From the IMG/VR virus record IMGVR_UViG_3300037962_000135, positions 1 through 51,137 of that record: 51,137 nucleotides of DNA; one strand, 5' to 3'. The stretch is from a virus (Duplodnaviria; Caudoviricetes). The notes beneath the pieces were generated by a model. It made no database searches. It was not told the DNA's origin and was given only the letters and a program-made list of their open reading frames with translations. Shown one piece after another: positions 1 through 7,563 of the stretch (positions within the stretch are counted from its first letter, which is position 1; the number at the start of each line of letters is the position of its first letter). The translations under genes and the position numbers were made by a program.

Positions 1-143
1 CTGCATGGGTTAGAAAGGTAGCGTATGAGGCATTACAACGTGAATTTACTAGCTCAGAATATAAAATTGCTGAAGCCAAAGACGAGTTGATGTGGAGAGA
101 ATCTGTACAAAGACGAATTGACGGAAGAAAGCAGAAAGACTAA
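1..143 (+). CDS. 3' end of small DNA-binding (RHH/CopG-like) protein, truncated by window start
   Basis: 4 mismatches in 143 nt against 37490..37632, all synonymous. Ends in TAA at 141-143. Confidence 0.8.
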   Translation, partial: AWVRKVAYEALQREFTSSEYKIAEAKDELMWRESVQRRIDGRKQKD

Positions 144-158
144 AACAACTTTTAAAAA

Positions 159-356
159 ATGAAAAGAATAACTTGGGTCGAGTGCCCAGGCTGTAAAATG
201 TACAGCGATCAGAAGGTTGTCCGTTCTGAAAGAAATTCAAAATTTATAACTATTCGTAGAAGAGAATGTTATGAATGTGGACATAGATGGGAAACGATCC
301 AATATCCTGAGATTATAGTTTCCAAGCAACAGGCAGCCTACGCTCGGTGTGAGTGA
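159..356 (+). CDS. NrdR N-terminal-like zinc-ribbon protein
   Basis: CPGC...RRRECYECGHRWETIQ motif. Paralog at 37983..38180 differs at 2 of 65 aa. Confidence 0.75.
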   Translation: MKRITWVECPGCKMYSDQKVVRSERNSKFITIRRRECYECGHRWETIQYPEIIVSKQQAAYARCE

Positions 357-670
357 CGCTTTGTTATATGTCTATACTTTAAGTGCATATAAAACTGCTC
401 CATCCACCATCTAAGTTTGTAAATTCCTGTACTCTTTTTTGTTTTGGTTTGCAGTACAGCTAATGTTGCTTCTAATTCTATTACTCTCATCATTGCTTTA
501 GATAGTACGGCTTCAGCCCTTGCATGGTTCTTCATCATGTCTATGCAAAAAGCTTTTATGGTTTTTATATCTTCACAAGCCCACACTTCTCTACATCGAA
601 GTTCTATCGCTAGTTCCACTTCGGGAGATAGCTCCGTGTGAATCATTTTCATAAACCCGTCATCTTTCAT
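338..670 (-). CDS. Hypothetical phage protein (helical/coiled coil)
   Basis: Homologous to 38162..38494 (shared KAFCIDMMKNHAR). Same 19-bp convergent overlap in both units. Confidence 0.75.
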   Translation of the reverse strand: MKDDGFMKMIHTELSPEVELAIELRCREVWACEDIKTIKAFCIDMMKNHARAEAVLSKAMMRVIELEATLAVLQTKTKKSTGIYKLRWWMEQFYMHLKYRHITKRHSHRA

Positions 671-671
671 G

Positions 672-848
672 TCATTGAAGAGAGGTAGTAGAACCTGGAA
701 ACATTCTGGCTTCTATAAAAGCAACTGCTTGATCGTCTATTGTATTGTCCGTTTGCTTGGCTATTGCCTTTAACAAATCCACTATCAATCTTTTCATTGC
801 CTTGGATTTAATAAAGACTAGAAGGATAGGTTTTAGAATTTTTACCAT
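672..848 (-). CDS. 58-aa conserved small protein (TDNTIDD motif), not in ORF track
   Basis: Hand translation MVKILKPILLVFIKSKAMKRLIVDLLKAIAKQTDNTIDDQAVAFIEARMFPGSTTSLQ. Same-length homolog at 38496..38672. Confidence 0.85.
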   Translation of the reverse strand: MVKILKPILLVFIKSKAMKRLIVDLLKAIAKQTDNTIDDQAVAFIEARMFPGSTTSLQ

Positions 849-913
849 CGTTTTTATGTGTTACTTCCCAAACATAGCTACTTTGCTAGTATTAGACAAG
901 AATCTTTACTTTT

Positions 914-1183
914 ATGGCTGAAGAGAAAGAAGAAAAAGAAGGTATTGAATGGGGTGAACTTTTTGGTCATGCGATCAGATTTCTGATTTTGACCTGGAGT
1001 TTATCAATGATGACTTTGGGATACATGGGTAAGGTAAGGATTGATGGAGCGTTTACGGCTGGACTCGTCAGTGGGGTGCTCGGAAGCTATGGAATTTCAG
1101 TAGGAAACAAGAAAAGTGGCACAAATAACAGTAATAGTCCTAAAATAGTAGATAATAGTAAAAACAAAGTAGGTATCAAATGA
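914..1183 (+). CDS. Two-TM membrane protein (holin-like topology, function unproven)
   Basis: Acidic N-terminus, two hydrophobic segments around IDGAF, basic C-terminus. Homolog 38756..39052. Confidence 0.7.
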   Translation: MAEEKEEKEGIEWGELFGHAIRFLILTWSLSMMTLGYMGKVRIDGAFTAGLVSGVLGSYGISVGNKKSGTNNSNSPKIVDNSKNKVGIK

Positions 1184-1665
1184 AAAGACTACTACCTTTT
1201 ATATTTCTTGTATCTGCACCAGCTTATGCGGACATGAATCATTCCATATCATCCAGTGTAAAGTTTGAATCACTTTCAGCAGCTAGTACAGCTGATAAGA
1301 TCGGTAGTTCATACAGTATCTCAGGTAATAATGTAACAACTGTGGACTCAAATTCAGCAGCTACAATAGGTGGGTTTGGTTCTGTTACAAATGGCGTACC
1401 AGCAGTAACTTTTCCTTCTGCTACGCAAGCGACTTCGGGAGAAGCCTTTAGTTTTACTACTAGCTATTTGGAAGGAGATGCCACCCCAGGTAGTGCAGTT
1501 ACAGTAGGAACTGTACCAAACTTCAGTGATTTAACCTCAACTTCTGCTGGAAGTGTAGGAACAGCAGCAGTAGCAATAGATAATCACACTATTACGATGA
1601 CACCTGGAACTGGAACGGGTATTGTAATGACAGGTCAGTTTGTCGTTGATCTCACTATCGAATGA
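1180..1665 (+). CDS. Exported Ser/Thr/Gly-rich protein with signal peptide
   Basis: MKRLLPFIFLVSAPAYA|D signal peptide; ATGA-coupled. Homolog 39049..39555. Confidence 0.85.
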   Translation: MKRLLPFIFLVSAPAYADMNHSISSSVKFESLSAASTADKIGSSYSISGNNVTTVDSNSAATIGGFGSVTNGVPAVTFPSATQATSGEAFSFTTSYLEGDATPGSAVTVGTVPNFSDLTSTSAGSVGTAAVAIDNHTITMTPGTGTGIVMTGQFVVDLTIE

Positions 1666-2087
1666 GGAGGCTACTTCTTCTTGGCTTTGTTATATCTGCT
1701 CCTTGTTACGCTGTGCCAGTTATACCTAATTTTACGCAGGGTAGTTCCACCAGCCGAACCGAAACTACCACAAATATTACAGAGACTATACGAACAACAG
1801 AATATAATTCTGGGTTTCTTTACTCAGTTACAGGATCGGGTATTCAGCATGACGGATCTTCTATTACTCCAGCAGCTACCTCAGTTAGTGAAACAATAAA
1901 CGGAACTACTCATACATGGCAGGGATTAAATCTAGACCAAAGACCAAACTGGACTCAAACAAATCAGGGAGATGCTTTTCAATTTACAGAAGTTTATCAA
2001 GCACCTGGAATGGAATCCGTAACAGACATTACACGCACGATCCAAAGCACAAGCGTCACAGATACCACAACTATCTTCTCGCAATAA
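1662..2087 (+). CDS. Exported Thr-rich protein with signal peptide
   Basis: MRRLLLLGFVISAPCYA|VPVIPNF. Homolog 39559..39999 shares PNFT, YxVTG, AFQFTE, IFSQ/VFSQ. Confidence 0.85.
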   Translation: MRRLLLLGFVISAPCYAVPVIPNFTQGSSTSRTETTTNITETIRTTEYNSGFLYSVTGSGIQHDGSSITPAATSVSETINGTTHTWQGLNLDQRPNWTQTNQGDAFQFTEVYQAPGMESVTDITRTIQSTSVTDTTTIFSQ

Positions 2088-2695
2088 GTCTGCTAGGTAA
2101 TCCTGTACTAGCTAATACAAGCAATACGGCTGCTCCAAGTGCATCGGCCTCTGGATCGGTTTCAAACTTTGCGACCCAAGTTTTAGGTGGACCAATGGTA
2201 GAAAATACATACGGAAATAATATCAAGTGTTCTGGGCCACAAATGACAGTAAGCCCATTTGTCACTACATCGTTCAACCAAAAAAGGCCACAGGACTACA
2301 TTTACCATACACCCGTGTACGATCCAACAGACGCAAATGATGATGGAGTGCCAGATAATCCAGGAAATGTACTTTATTATCAAGAAAACTACAGTGGTAA
2401 CAAGGATTCTTTAGGACTTAACTTTGGATTCGCACTTACATTTAATATTCCGCTAGATAAAAGATTTCAAGATTCTTGTCTTGACGCAGCTAATACACAA
2501 ATAAATTTACAGAAACAAGAATTAAATGCAAAGCTGCTCAACTATGAAATAGCCCGTTTAAAAAATTGTGGAGAATTATACTTAAAGGGAATTTCTTTCG
2601 ACCCTAAATCTAACTTTGCAAAATTATGCGAAGGGGTCGTTGTTCAACCGCCTCCAAATCAAGTTATACCTCACAGTCATAAATTAAAGCAGTAG
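1916..2695 (+). CDS. Exported/envelope protein with Cys pairs; start uncertain
   Basis: Internal signal-like segment (LLAISLLGNPVLA|N), DANDDGVPD motif, FGFALTFNIPLD strand, 4 conserved Cys. Homolog 39813..40595. Confidence 0.8.
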   Translation: MAGIKSRPKTKLDSNKSGRCFSIYRSLSSTWNGIRNRHYTHDPKHKRHRYHNYLLAISLLGNPVLANTSNTAAPSASASGSVSNFATQVLGGPMVENTYGNNIKCSGPQMTVSPFVTTSFNQKRPQDYIYHTPVYDPTDANDDGVPDNPGNVLYYQENYSGNKDSLGLNFGFALTFNIPLDKRFQDSCLDAANTQINLQKQELNAKLLNYEIARLKNCGELYLKGISFDPKSNFAKLCEGVVVQPPPNQVIPHSHKLKQ

Positions 2696-2721
2696 ACAAG
2701 CACGGGTTTTAACTTGTCTAC
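2692..2721. other. Conserved hairpin between convergent genes
   Basis: GTAGACAAG-cacgggttttaa-CTTGTCTAC. Covarying copy at 40592..40623. Confidence 0.6.
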
Positions 2722-2728
2722 CTAGACG

Positions 2729-2767
2729 CCCTATCCATTGCCTTGGCGAATAGGGTTCTTTTATTTT
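2729..2767 (+). terminator. Possible intrinsic terminator
   Basis: CCCTAT...ATAGGG stem followed by TTCTTTTATTTT. Absent in unit B. Confidence 0.4.
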
Positions 2768-3399
2768 AACTTATCTTTCTTCTTTGTCAGCTTTTTTATT
2801 AGGTTTTTTACTAAGGGTTTGACAATATTAAGCAGTAATGGAGTAGAGGCAGCAACAGTAGCAATAACAGCAGTGCTAACAAGCTGTGGAGGATTCGGTA
2901 TGTATTGCTCGATGAATTTAGTGCTTTCATACAAGGTTATACATTCACTACCATCTTCGCTTCTTTCATGTCCAATGACACGTTCCAGTTTAAATTCGTT
3001 ACGATAATCCCCTACTCTTTGATCTTTTTTGCCAGGACAGGCAACAAAAAGCGGATCATCTTTTTTCTTTTTTGGTTCGTATTTTGGAGGTTCTACCGTT
3101 GGTTGAACAAATTCTTGTTCCTGATTTTGGGGGGTTTCTGATTGTGTATATACAAATTCGTTGGGGTTATACTGCAAAGGTTCAAAACTAGGAATACTGA
3201 AGTTACCACATTCTGTATATGTGCCGTATTCATCTTTATCACTATCAATGAGACTTGTAAGATTATTTCTATGTACTCTTACACAACCAGGAATATCAAC
3301 TATAGGTTTACTTATGTTATTTAATGTTGGTACGTTAGGCTTCCATATCGGTATTTTATGAATCTCAATCCTGTTTACACTAATCTTTGGTATTTCCAT
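2761..3399 (-). CDS. Cys-containing protein with C-terminal membrane anchor
   Basis: PGCV..HR, CPG..DQRVGD, ECITLYE, hydrophobic tail followed by basic residues. Homolog 40630..41271. Confidence 0.85.
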   Translation of the reverse strand: MEIPKISVNRIEIHKIPIWKPNVPTLNNISKPIVDIPGCVRVHRNNLTSLIDSDKDEYGTYTECGNFSIPSFEPLQYNPNEFVYTQSETPQNQEQEFVQPTVEPPKYEPKKKKDDPLFVACPGKKDQRVGDYRNEFKLERVIGHERSEDGSECITLYESTKFIEQYIPNPPQLVSTAVIATVAASTPLLLNIVKPLVKNLIKKLTKKKDKLK

Positions 3400-3607
3400 C
3401 TTTTATATCTCCTATAGAAATAGACCAGCCATCTTCTCCAAACTTACCTTTTTCTACAATCTTAGGTTTTTTTACTTTTTTATCTAATTCTTCGTGATAT
3501 TTTTTTATGTCATTATCAAGTTCTAAATTGAATTTTTGCATACGCATCCAATGGATAAACTTATCTACATAGTATTTAACTAACTTTTTTATAAAACCAA
3601 ATATCAT
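3380..3607 (-). CDS. Hypothetical protein
   Basis: Nearly identical homolog 41258..41479; coupled to neighbours. Confidence 0.8.
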   Translation of the reverse strand: MIFGFIKKLVKYYVDKFIHWMRMQKFNLELDNDIKKYHEELDKKVKKPKIVEKGKFGEDGWSISIGDIKDGNTKD

Positions 3608-3759
3608 TTTGGTAAATAAACTTCTACATAAGAATTACATTTAGGACAAGATAAATTAGTTACCATTGAATATTCTTCTGAAAGAACAGGTTGAAAATCT
3701 TCATCAATACTATGATCTCCACCCCAGATTAATTCGGTTTTACAATGCCAGCAGTTCAA
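3604..3759 (-). CDS. 51-aa CxxC...CxxC zinc-ribbon protein, not in ORF track
   Basis: TTG start; NCWHCKTELIWGGD...NLSCPKCNSYVEVYLPK. Stop/start overlaps on both sides. Homolog 41479..41646. Confidence 0.85.
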   Translation of the reverse strand: MNCWHCKTELIWGGDHSIDEDFQPVLSEEYSMVTNLSCPKCNSYVEVYLPK

Positions 3760-3986
3760 ATTCCTAATCCTTTTGGTATTGGTAATGATTCTCCTGTAAC
3801 ATCAGGTAATTCTTTTTCCAGTATTTTTGGCATCATGCCTTGAACATTCCCAAGGATCTCATTCATTACTTGAGACTTAAAATTTTCAGATGTTACATAT
3901 TTGTATGCAAAGTACATTCCACCGCTCATAGAGGCTACCATTACAAATGAGACAATACTTAAAATGTTTGCGATTTTTTGAAACAT
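3756..3986 (-). CDS. Small protein with N-terminal TM segment
   Basis: MFQKIANILSIVSFVMVASMSGG is identical in homolog 41643..41864. Start taken at the conserved Met. Confidence 0.85.
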   Translation of the reverse strand: MFQKIANILSIVSFVMVASMSGGMYFAYKYVTSENFKSQVMNEILGNVQGMMPKILEKELPDVTGESLPIPKGLGI

Positions 3987-4137
3987 GGTCAAAGAAGTTC
4001 TTAATAAAATGGTAGCACCACTTACTCTGATGGTGCTGTTGCTTCTTGTGGGGTTGATGCCTCTGTATCTGATGGCTGGTTTGCTTCGGGTTCAGCTTCA
4101 AGAATCTGTTGTTCGAGAATCTTCATTGCACCGCTGA
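3985..4137 (+). CDS. 50-aa antisense single-TM peptide, not in ORF track
   Basis: MVKEVLNKMVAPLTLMVLLLLVGLMPLYLMAGLLRVQLQE... aligns without gaps to 41863..41994. Confidence 0.7.
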   Translation: MVKEVLNKMVAPLTLMVLLLLVGLMPLYLMAGLLRVQLQESVVRESSLHR

Positions 4138-4207
4138 CTTCATATAAAGCAATTTGTAAATTTTGCCTTTCAATAGCAAGTTGTTGTAGTTTTTCTTTAA
4201 GATTCAT
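4022..4207 (-). CDS. Small coiled-coil protein downstream of tail fibre
   Basis: ORF in the fibre operon with heptad-like N-terminal half. The acidic tail overlaps the antisense peptide. Confidence 0.65.
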   Translation of the reverse strand: MNLKEKLQQLAIERQNLQIALYEVSGAMKILEQQILEAEPEANQPSDTEASTPQEATAPSE

Positions 4208-4210
4208 AGT

Positions 4211-4459
4211 TTAATAGAGTTTTTTACCAGCAACAATAGCAGCATCTATGGCTGTAAAATCTTCTGATGTCCAGATAGATGTCGTTCCATCTAGCTTTTT
4301 GTAAGCTTTAATAATTTCGAGATGCTCTACATTTCTCTGAATTTTTTCTTTAAATTCAGCTTCAGTTTCATCGCCTGTTTTTGCTGTGTCAATAACAGTA
4401 ACGCTATCACCAGCACCAGAATAAATTACTGCAATTTCTTCTGCGGTTTTTTCTTCCAT
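4211..4459 (-). CDS. Tail-fibre-associated hypothetical protein
   Basis: Directly follows the fibre gene; IQRNVEHLEI...WTSEDFT motif. Confidence 0.7.
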   Translation of the reverse strand: MEEKTAEEIAVIYSGAGDSVTVIDTAKTGDETEAEFKEKIQRNVEHLEIIKAYKKLDGTTSIWTSEDFTAIDAAIVAGKKLY

Positions 4460-4485
4460 AATTAAAAAATTGGATTACTTTTAGT

Positions 4486-7400
4486 TTACCCTGCTTCGAG
4501 GGCTTTGACTTTTACGGATAACTCTTTTACAGCATTAACTAAATACCACATTAAATTATCAGAATTTACAGTCTTAATACCATACGATGATGTTTCTACA
4601 CATTCAGGTAATACTTCTTCAAGTTCTTGTGCAATTACACCAATTTGTTGACCAGATTTATCTACTGCTACGTTTTTAGCTACTTTTTCTAATTCTGGAT
4701 TATTTTCAATAATCTCTTCTAAAGTTTTATATTCAAAATTCCGTATTTGGATTTTTTCAAGTAAATTTATTCCAGAATTATTATTAACAATATTTTTCTT
4801 TATTCTTCTATCAGAAGTAGTTGACCAACTAGAGCTATTATCACTTTGGAATGAACCCGAAGATGCTCGGACTTTAAAAGTATCACTACCAGCACCAGCA
4901 ATGTTATATCCTAAAACTATTGACCTGTCAGAATTTCCAACCCTTGAATAATTACCAATAGAAATATTTTGCCCACCTGTTGTAGTATGGGAAGAATATG
5001 CAGCAGCGTTGTAACCTATAAAAACATTATCAGTACCAGTTGTAACGTAATAACCAGCAGCGTTTCCAAGAAAAGTTTGTGAATGTCCCGTAGTCAGGTT
5101 GTATCCAGCTTCACGACCAACACAGGTATTTAAATTAGCAGTTGTTTGATTGTACGCTGCTCTTATTCCAACAAAAACATTATTATCACCTGTAGTTAAG
5201 TTATAACCAGCAGCATAACCTATTGCTGTGTTCTGACCACCATCAGTTGATAATGCTAAAGCATAAGAACCTACTGCTGTACAATCATTATTTACATTAT
5301 TTCTTAATGCAAAATAACCAACGGCTGTGTTGTCATTGTCGGTGGTATTAGCCATTAATGCAGCAACTCCTACCGCAGTATTTCTAATTCCTGTTGTGTT
5401 GTCATAAAGGCCATTATGACCTACGGCAGTATTGTAATTTCCAGTTGTGTTGTCGTGTAATGTATGACAACCTATTCCAGTATTCTCAATTCCTGTTGTA
5501 TTGCTCGTGAGTGCTTTATAACCAAAAGCATTTATTTTCGTTCCTGTCGTGTTTGCGTCTGCGGTATAAGCTCCCATAGCCGTATTCTCACTCGCAGTTG
5601 TATTAGAAGTAAGGCATTTATACCCAACAGCAGTATTGTTACTAGCACTTGTATTGGAACCTAAAGCACCTGATCCAATCCCAACATTATTACTTCCTGT
5701 GTTAACTCTTAAAGCTGGTTGTGCTGAACCATCAAAAGCACCTACAGCAGTATTTCCTGTTGCTGTAGTTACGTCACCTAAAGCAAACCTACCAATCGCA
5801 ACATTTCCAACGCCTGTAGTTAAATCATCTAGTGCATGTGATCCAACCGCAATACAGTTATGAGCTCCAGTTGCAGTATCCATTGCGTTATAGCCTATTG
5901 CAACGTTTTCAACAGCAGTTGTACTGCTAGTTAACGCATTTACACCGATAGCCACATTGTAATTACCTGTAGTGTTAGCATCCAAAGCAGCAGTACCTAC
6001 AGCAGTATTCGATGATCCAGTTGTGTTTTGATCTAAAGCATGATAACCCACAGCAGTATTATTATCTGCTGTAGTATTTGCAGATAAAGCTCCCTTACCA
6101 ATTCCAGTGTTTTGAGCACCAGTTGTATTTAATACAAGAGCAGCAAGACCTACAGCAGTATTGTCACTAGCGGTAGTATTTGCAGCTAAAGCGGTTTCTC
6201 CTAAAGCGGTGTTTTGCGAACCAGTTGTGTTTGCTCCTAAAGCACTTCTACCAACCCCAGTATTGTTATTTCCAGTAGTGTTAGCATCTAATGCGTTAGC
6301 ACCTACAGCAACATTTTGAGTTCCAGTTGTGTTTGCATCTAAAGCGTAATATCCAACTGCTGTGTTGTTAGATGCTGTTGTGTTATTAGTTAATGCAGAC
6401 CTACCACAAGCAGTATTATTTGCACCTGTCGTGTTTAATACTAAAGAATTATATCCAATAGAAGTATTTGCATTTGCGGTTGTATTATTAAATAATGCTC
6501 TCCTGCCTATTCCAGTATTTTCTGTTCCAGTTGTATTTGAAGTTAAAGATTGATAACCTATTGCGGTGTTAGCGGCTGCCGTAGTATTTGCATCTAACGC
6601 ATTTGCACCTAAGGCTGTGTTTTCTGTTCCAGTTGTGTTTACTCTTAACGCATTAACACCGACAGCAACATTATTATTGGCTGTAGTGTTATCTCCCAAA
6701 GCACCACTACCTACAGCAGTATTATCTGAACCAGTTGTGTTATCCGTAAGAGCGAATTGACCAATTGCAGTATTAGCACCTGCTGTAGTATTAGCATCTA
6801 AAGCAACATATCCTACCGCAACATTCCCTGCTCCAGTTGTGTTTAACAATAAAGCTTGATAACCAACTGAAGTGTTATTATCTGCCGTAGTGTTTTCTCT
6901 TAAAGCACCAGAACCAACAGCAACATTAAAATCTCCAGTTGTATTGTATCTCATTGCCTGAAGACCTAATCCAGTATTATTAGCACCTGTCGTATTACTA
7001 TTTAAACTCCTTACACCTAATGCAGTATTATTATCACCAGTTGTATTTACGTCTAGACATAAACTACCTACAGCAGTATTTGAACCTCCAGTTGTGGTTA
7101 ATTTAAGAGCATCATGTCCAACGGCAGTATTATTTGAACCAGAAGTTAAAGTTGTTAATGCTGAATTTCCAATCGCTGTGTTATCTGCACCAGTAACAGC
7201 AGCATCTAAAGCACTTTCTCCAAGAACAGTGTTACCAGCAACAGAGTTTGCACCTTTACCGACAGTTAAAGAATTTATTGTCGCATCAGCAGTTGTTGTA
7301 ACCCCTCCAGTCAATGTTCTTAAATCAATCCAGCCGTCATTTGCTGAATTACGCATTTTTAATAAATTATTACTTGTATCAGCCCACAACATATATGCAG

Positions 7401-7521
7401 CAGTGGTACTAGGAGCAGAACCAGAACTGTTATTTGTTAATATCGCTTGCAGTACATTATTTAAATCAGTTCGGACATTAGCTCCAGTGGAGTTATCTAT
7501 TACATAATCGTGAGTAGCCAT
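4486..7521 (-). CDS. Long tail fibre with NTAVG repeats and C-terminal intramolecular chaperone (peptidase S74-like)
   Basis: 14-aa repeats NTAVGxxALxxNTT; C-terminal SDRRIKKNI...GVIAQE...LVNAVKELS. Confidence 0.9.
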   Translation of the reverse strand: MATHDYVIDNSTGANVRTDLNNVLQAILTNNSSGSAPSTTAAYMLWADTSNNLLKMRNSANDGWIDLRTLTGGVTTTADATINSLTVGKGANSVAGNTVLGESALDAAVTGADNTAIGNSALTTLTSGSNNTAVGHDALKLTTTGGSNTAVGSLCLDVNTTGDNNTALGVRSLNSNTTGANNTGLGLQAMRYNTTGDFNVAVGSGALRENTTADNNTSVGYQALLLNTTGAGNVAVGYVALDANTTAGANTAIGQFALTDNTTGSDNTAVGSGALGDNTTANNNVAVGVNALRVNTTGTENTALGANALDANTTAAANTAIGYQSLTSNTTGTENTGIGRRALFNNTTANANTSIGYNSLVLNTTGANNTACGRSALTNNTTASNNTAVGYYALDANTTGTQNVAVGANALDANTTGNNNTGVGRSALGANTTGSQNTALGETALAANTTASDNTAVGLAALVLNTTGAQNTGIGKGALSANTTADNNTAVGYHALDQNTTGSSNTAVGTAALDANTTGNYNVAIGVNALTSSTTAVENVAIGYNAMDTATGAHNCIAVGSHALDDLTTGVGNVAIGRFALGDVTTATGNTAVGAFDGSAQPALRVNTGSNNVGIGSGALGSNTSASNNTAVGYKCLTSNTTASENTAMGAYTADANTTGTKINAFGYKALTSNTTGIENTGIGCHTLHDNTTGNYNTAVGHNGLYDNTTGIRNTAVGVAALMANTTDNDNTAVGYFALRNNVNNDCTAVGSYALALSTDGGQNTAIGYAAGYNLTTGDNNVFVGIRAAYNQTTANLNTCVGREAGYNLTTGHSQTFLGNAAGYYVTTGTDNVFIGYNAAAYSSHTTTGGQNISIGNYSRVGNSDRSIVLGYNIAGAGSDTFKVRASSGSFQSDNSSSWSTTSDRRIKKNIVNNNSGINLLEKIQIRNFEYKTLEEIIENNPELEKVAKNVAVDKSGQQIGVIAQELEEVLPECVETSSYGIKTVNSDNLMWYLVNAVKELSVKVKALEAG
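4900..7240 (-). repeat. Degenerate ~42-bp coding tandem repeat in tail fibre
   Basis: On the order of 50 NTAVG/NVAVG units in the translation. Boundaries approximate. Confidence 0.85.
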
Positions 7522-7563
7522 TACCTAATCCAATTTTTTATCTAAGTATATCTTAATTCAACT

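Noticed and set aside
159-356. Full nrdR regulator
   Set aside because: Only the zinc-ribbon part is present. There is no ATP-cone and no ribonucleotide reductase gene in the unit, so no gene symbol is assigned.
1681-1899. +1 frame ORF nested in the second exported gene (also 39590..39796)
   Set aside because: Leu/Gln-rich translation is the expected shadow of Thr/Ser/Ala codons, and the starts are not conserved between units.
914-2695. Invertible segment (plus-strand block among minus-strand genes)
   Set aside because: The orientation is the same in both units, and I saw no flanking inverted repeats or recombinase.
4900-7240. CRISPR-like or DGR-like repeat array
   Set aside because: The repeats are in-frame degenerate coding units of the fibre. 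There is no constant repeat with unique spacers, and no reverse transcriptase or cas gene.
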